A DNA stretch of 64,000 nucleotides, taken from Deinococcales bacterium (GTDB taxonomy: Bacteria > Deinococcota > Deinococci > Deinococcales > JAAFIG01). The notes below the pieces were generated by a model. It saw only the letters and a list, made by a program, of their open reading frames with translations, was not told the origin of the DNA and did not search any database. The stretch spans positions 20,399 to 84,398 of the forward strand of contig JAYVRX010000071.1 of NCBI GenBank assembly GCA_043775825.1, read 5' to 3'. Numbering within the stretch: position 1 is the first letter of the stretch; every line of letters begins with the position of its first letter. A program made the translations under genes and the position numbers. Shown in pieces: positions 60,653-64,000 of the stretch.

Positions 60653-61663
60653 ATGAATCTCGAGCAGACCACGACATTACGCCCTAACGCCCTGATAGAC
60701 CGTTTTGGGCGCATCATTCGTGACCTTCGGATTTCGGTCACGCCGCGTTGCAACTATCACTGCACCTATTGCGACCCGCTTGGTCACACGCATCCAGAAC
60801 CCGTTGGCGTTTTAAGTGTCAAAGATGTGGACAATTTTGTTCGCGCCTCGGCGTTGGTCGGCTTGGACGCGGCACGCTTCACGGGCGGCGAACCCTTGCT
60901 GCGCAAAGAACTGCCCGAAATGATGGCAAATGCCGCCGTTACCCCAGGGATCAAAGACATTGCGATCACCACCAACGGCACACTCTTTCGTCGTCGCCAC
61001 AAAGAATTGCTCGAGGCTGGCTTAAATCGCGTCAATATTTCTTTGGACGCCGTAGATCAAAGCGTGTTCGCCAAAGCCACCGGTGGAGGAGACGTAAAAG
61101 TGGTGCTCGACGCGATAAACCTGGCGCTCGAGTTAAACCTGCACCCCGTCAAAATCAACGCCGTCAGCATTCGCGGCATCAACGACCTCGAGATCATCAA
61201 CATGGCAAGACTTTCGCTCGAGAAACCCTTGCATGTGCGGTTTATTGAGTACATGCACTTGAACAACTCGCAACTCGAGGTTTACAAAAACGCCTTTCTA
61301 CCAGGTTCAGAAGCCAAAACCATGATTGAACAAGAATTTGGTACGCTCGAGGTTGTCCCCACCGACCCAAGCAGTCCCGCTCGAGTCTTCAAAATTGCGG
61401 GGTCGCAAGGCAGCATTGGTTTTATCAACCCAATATCAGAACCTTTTTGTGGGGCTTGCTCGAGAATGCGACTGACCGCAGACCGTAAAGTACGGGCGTG
61501 CTTGCTGACAGACCGCGAACTGGATGCTGGCGCGGCGTTTGATTCCGAAAACCCGATTGAAAGCATTATTGATGTGCTGCTCGAGGCGGCGCACCGAAAA
61601 GAACGCATGGGTGATATTTTGCCGAAAATTCGGGAACGCACGATGGTAGCGATAGGTGGGTAA
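60653..61663 (+). CDS. moaA: GTP 3',8-cyclase (molybdenum cofactor biosynthesis protein A)
   Basis: LRISVTPRCNYHCTYC, FTGGEPL, ITTNG, C-terminal CGACSRMRLTADRKVRACL. Confidence 0.9.
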   Translation: MNLEQTTTLRPNALIDRFGRIIRDLRISVTPRCNYHCTYCDPLGHTHPEPVGVLSVKDVDNFVRASALVGLDAARFTGGEPLLRKELPEMMANAAVTPGIKDIAITTNGTLFRRRHKELLEAGLNRVNISLDAVDQSVFAKATGGGDVKVVLDAINLALELNLHPVKINAVSIRGINDLEIINMARLSLEKPLHVRFIEYMHLNNSQLEVYKNAFLPGSEAKTMIEQEFGTLEVVPTDPSSPARVFKIAGSQGSIGFINPISEPFCGACSRMRLTADRKVRACLLTDRELDAGAAFDSENPIESIIDVLLEAAHRKERMGDILPKIRERTMVAIGG

Positions 61664-61693
61664 AAAATAATTGTTTTGTGCTAATTTAAACCC

Positions 61694-61930
61694 ATGACGA
61701 TTGCACTCTCCAAACAACTCGAGACGCTGATCGAAGAAAAAATTGCTTCGGGACGGTATCAATCGGCTTCTGAAGTCATGAGTGAGGCGCTACGGTTGCT
61801 CGAGGAAACCGAGCGTTTTGAAGCCATGAAATTGAATGCGTTACGCCGTGATATTCAAGCGGGTTTGGATAGTGGTGAACCTGTGCCTTTTGACAAAGCA
61901 AGCATTCGTAACCTTGCTCAGAATCGCTAA
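61694..61930 (+). CDS. parD: ParD-family (RHH/CopG) antitoxin
   Basis: ...SGRYQSASEVMSEALRLLEE..., and RRDIQAGLDSGE is typical of ParD/COG3609. Confidence 0.8.
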   Translation: MTIALSKQLETLIEEKIASGRYQSASEVMSEALRLLEETERFEAMKLNALRRDIQAGLDSGEPVPFDKASIRNLAQNR

Positions 61931-61935
61931 CCTAA

Positions 61936-62235
61936 ATGGCTTTTTTCGTTCTGCGTCCTTTGGCACAAGAAGACCTTGCACAAACGTATTCGTACATTTT
62001 GCAAACCAATTTAGAACAAGCCGAACAGTGGCTCGAGGGTGTTGAAAATCAGTGTCAGATTCTGGCAGAAATGCCAACAATGGGACGCGCTCGCCTCGAA
62101 CTTCCTGGTAATGTTCGCAGTTTTGTGTTTGCACGATACGTGATCTTTTACCGACCCAATGCTGACGGTGTTGAAATTGTTCGGGTTTTGCATGGCTCGA
62201 GAGATTTGGGGCAGATTGATTTTGGGAATTCTTGA
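61936..62235 (+). CDS. parE: ParE-family toxin
   Basis: ...A.EDL..TYSYI.......A..W........ILAEMP.MGR......G.VRSF....YVIFYR....GVEIVRVLHGSRDL. Confidence 0.8.
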   Translation: MAFFVLRPLAQEDLAQTYSYILQTNLEQAEQWLEGVENQCQILAEMPTMGRARLELPGNVRSFVFARYVIFYRPNADGVEIVRVLHGSRDLGQIDFGNS

Positions 62236-62243
62236 TGGAATTC

Positions 62244-62359
62244 AAAACCCGATTGAAAGCATTATTGACGTGCTGCTCGAGGCGGCGCACCGAAAAGAAC
62301 GCATGGGGGATATTTTGCCGAAAATTCGGGAACGCACGATGGTAGCGATAGGTGGTTGA
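62244..62359 (+). pseudogene. orphan duplicate of the last 38 codons of moaA
   Basis: 62244-62355 matches 61548-61659 at 110/112 nt. It encodes NPIESIIDVLLEAAHRKERMGDILPKIRERTMVAIGG plus a stop, with no upstream moaA body. Confidence 0.9.
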
Positions 62360-62496
62360 AGCTCGAGAAATTGGATGTTCATATCAAAAATTAAGACTTC
62401 ACTGGAACTGATTGAATCAAACCAGCGTAATGATGAAGTGGTATTTGGTTTACCGCTCATGTGCATGAGCAGATTTAATTTTTTTGGAGGTCTTTG

Positions 62497-63033
62497 ATGT
62501 TTCGCTGGTTCATTAAAATGATTTATGGCTCGACACTTATCACCTTTAATAGTTCTTATAACCTCCCTAAGTCTGTTGTCCGACTCAGAACCGCAACTAG
62601 TACGGCAAATTCTTTTTCGTTACGTCAGTCTTCAGCTACAGGTGTGGTGACGGAACAAAAGGTTACACTTCAACGGAGCATTCCTTTTGTTGGGAATTCG
62701 TTTAAGCCTTATTTTGTGGGTCGTTTTTCTAACAATAACGGTCAGGTTGTTTTGATTGGTCAATTCACCATGCACTGGTATGTCAAAATATTTTTGAGCA
62801 TCTGGTTTGGGTTTCTCAGCTTGATAACTGTTTTAGGTCTGTTCGCCACAATAACAATAAAGCAAAATCAAGCCACAGGTTGGCAATTCGCGCTTTTCTG
62901 CGTTGGGATGTTCGGTGCTGGAACGCTTTTGGTTTGGTCAGGTCAGTGGTTTGCTCGTCAAGATATCGCATGGTTGTCAAGCATTATTCAGAAGGCATTG
63001 TCTGAAGTGAATCTAAACGATGAAAAATCATGA
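62497..63033 (+). CDS. hypothetical membrane protein
   Basis: GGAGG lies 7 nt before the ATG. Two C-terminal TM helices. Visibly AT-richer and has no CTCGAG. Confidence 0.5.
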   Translation: MFRWFIKMIYGSTLITFNSSYNLPKSVVRLRTATSTANSFSLRQSSATGVVTEQKVTLQRSIPFVGNSFKPYFVGRFSNNNGQVVLIGQFTMHWYVKIFLSIWFGFLSLITVLGLFATITIKQNQATGWQFALFCVGMFGAGTLLVWSGQWFARQDIAWLSSIIQKALSEVNLNDEKS

Positions 63034-63094
63034 ATAAACCGTTGGGAACAGTTTAAAACCATCCCCAACAAAATTTAAAAACTCGAGATTTACA
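63033..63094. repeat. duplicate of the rplI stop-codon and terminator region
   Basis: 62 nt matching 63834-63895 with 4 mismatches. Includes a degenerate copy of the terminator hairpin and TTACA (rplI stop plus 2 nt). Confidence 0.85.
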
Positions 63095-63101
63095 ACCAGT
63101 A

Positions 63102-63338
63102 TTAAAGCGCATCCTTTGCATCTGGCTTAATATTCGGAACTGTTTGCAAAGCAGCTAAGAATTTTTCTCGAGAACCTCGCCCAGCGCGTTCTTCAAGAAT
63201 GGTTTGTGTCTCGAGGGCGCTGAGTTTCTCGGCAACGGCTGTGGCGATTAAGGTGTTTAAGCTGATGCCTTCGCTTTCGGAAAGTTTTTTCAGTTCTGTA
63301 TGAACGGTGGTTGGTAAGCGCACGCTGAGGGTTGTCAT
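63102..63338 (-). CDS. ribbon-helix-helix / HicB-like antitoxin
   Basis: MTTLSVRLPTTVHTELKKLSESEGISLNTLIATAVAEKL. 4-nt overlap with the upstream PIN gene. Confidence 0.7.
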   Translation of the reverse strand: MTTLSVRLPTTVHTELKKLSESEGISLNTLIATAVAEKLSALETQTILEERAGRGSREKFLAALQTVPNIKPDAKDAL

Positions 63339-63754
63339 GCTGTACTCCTTTGCATTTGTAAAAATTCTTGAGGTTGGATGGCTCGAATCCCAAATTTTTC
63401 TGAACCCACAAAGTCTTTGATGTTGTATGTCACGATGTACTCGCATTGTGCGTGCCATGCCAATTCGAGCAGGTGGTCATCTTTTGGGTCGCGTATGGCT
63501 GGTCGCCAGGTGTAATACAACCGAGGGCGGTAGGCAATGCTTGCCAGGTAATCGAGGATGTCTTCAATGGCTTGGTGCTCGAGTGGGATTTTCATTTCTG
63601 GGCGCTTAAGGACATCTTCGTACTCGAGAATCAAAGCGGTTGAAAGGGCAAGGGTGAATTTTTGTTCGTACAGGAGCGTTAAAATCTGGTAGGAAGCCCC
63701 TTGGTTTGAACGTAAGCCTGAAACAATGACGTTGGTGTCAAGAACAACGGGCAT
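63335..63754 (-). CDS. PIN-domain toxin (TIGR00305-like), toxin-first operon order
   Basis: MPVVLDTNVIVSGL, ...PKDDHLLELA..., YIVTYNIKDF. Confidence 0.8.
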   Translation of the reverse strand: MPVVLDTNVIVSGLRSNQGASYQILTLLYEQKFTLALSTALILEYEDVLKRPEMKIPLEHQAIEDILDYLASIAYRPRLYYTWRPAIRDPKDDHLLELAWHAQCEYIVTYNIKDFVGSEKFGIRAIQPQEFLQMQRSTA

Positions 63755-63836
63755 AATTTATGGTAGTACAGATGCAACCAAAATTCAAGCTCGAGTCTGA
63801 CAAAACCTCAGCATCTCAACGGCAGTGCTCAACAAT

Positions 63837-63871
63837 AAAACGTTGGGGACAGTTTAAAACCATCCCCAACG
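63837..63871 (-). terminator. rho-independent terminator of rplI
   Basis: On the minus strand: CGTTGGGGA-13 nt loop-TCCCCAACG followed by TTTTATT. Confidence 0.7.
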
Positions 63872-63890
63872 AAATTTTAAAACTCGAGAT

Positions 63891-64000
63891 TTACAGCGCG
63901 GTAATGTTTAACTTCAAAGGAATTGGCACTTCAGGATGTGGTTTGTACACCACTTCGTACTCGCCTAAATCCTTGATGGCTTTGCCCATGTCAATCTTGC
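63891..64000 (-). CDS. rplI: 50S ribosomal protein L9, C-terminal part (gene continues beyond the window)
   Basis: Reverse translation ...KIDMGKAIKDLGEYEVVYKPHPEVPIPLKLNITAL* matches the L9 C-terminal domain pattern. Confidence 0.7.
   Translation of the reverse strand, partial: KIDMGKAIKDLGEYEVVYKPHPEVPIPLKLNITAL

Noticed and set aside
62159-62359. 66-aa ORF ending ...ERTMVAIGG, considered as an independent gene
   Set aside because: Its C-terminal 38 codons are the duplicated moaA tail, and its upstream part overlaps parE in another frame. It is a by-product of the duplication.
1-64000. Integrase, transposase or IS elements that could explain the cassette insertions
   Set aside because: No ORF in the six-frame track resembles a tyrosine or serine recombinase, or a DDE or HUH transposase. 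Their absence was judged by eye only.

Overview
Bacterial chromosomal window, roughly 50% GC by eye, densely coding with about 70 genes. No rRNA, CRISPR array, transposase or integrase was recognised. Left third (1-24 kb): housekeeping and envelope genes (FemAB-family transferase, EF-G2-like GTPase, LolC/E permease, M23 and S41 peptidases, DUF2330 and PEGA proteins, PpiD-like chaperone, two MFS transporters, GlcD-like oxidase, ABC-2 transporter), three tRNAs and an orphan LacI regulator. Middle (24.4-36.2 kb): a complete glutamyl-tRNA-to-protoheme locus, hemL divergent from hemA-C-D-B-[histidine kinase-response regulator]-hemE, then hemH-Y-F, mostly with overlapping stop/start codons. Right half (36-64 kb): accessory or defence-like DNA. 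It holds a DUF234 ATPase, six type II toxin-antitoxin pairs, a type I R-M system (hsdM, hsdS, hsdR with a TA pair embedded), a SufR-like regulator next to an operon of SDR (in-frame stop), QueA paralog, four VOC proteins and an FMN reductase, plus acnA, a futalosine-pathway radical SAM gene, moaA and the 3' end of rplI. Two signals stand out. (1) The palindrome CTCGAG occurs about once per 140-220 bp wherever I hand-counted, roughly 20-30x a random hexamer, in all frames and in non-coding DNA. (2) Four separate insertions (three TA cassettes and a twin-hairpin mini-element) are each bracketed by imperfect direct duplications (30-112 bp) of the 3' end of a host gene (hsdM, hsdS, moaA, rplI). 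The host ORF stays intact in each case, and several duplication boundaries sit at or next to a CTCGAG. Gene starts were refined by eye and are approximate. All family assignments rest on motif recognition without database searches.
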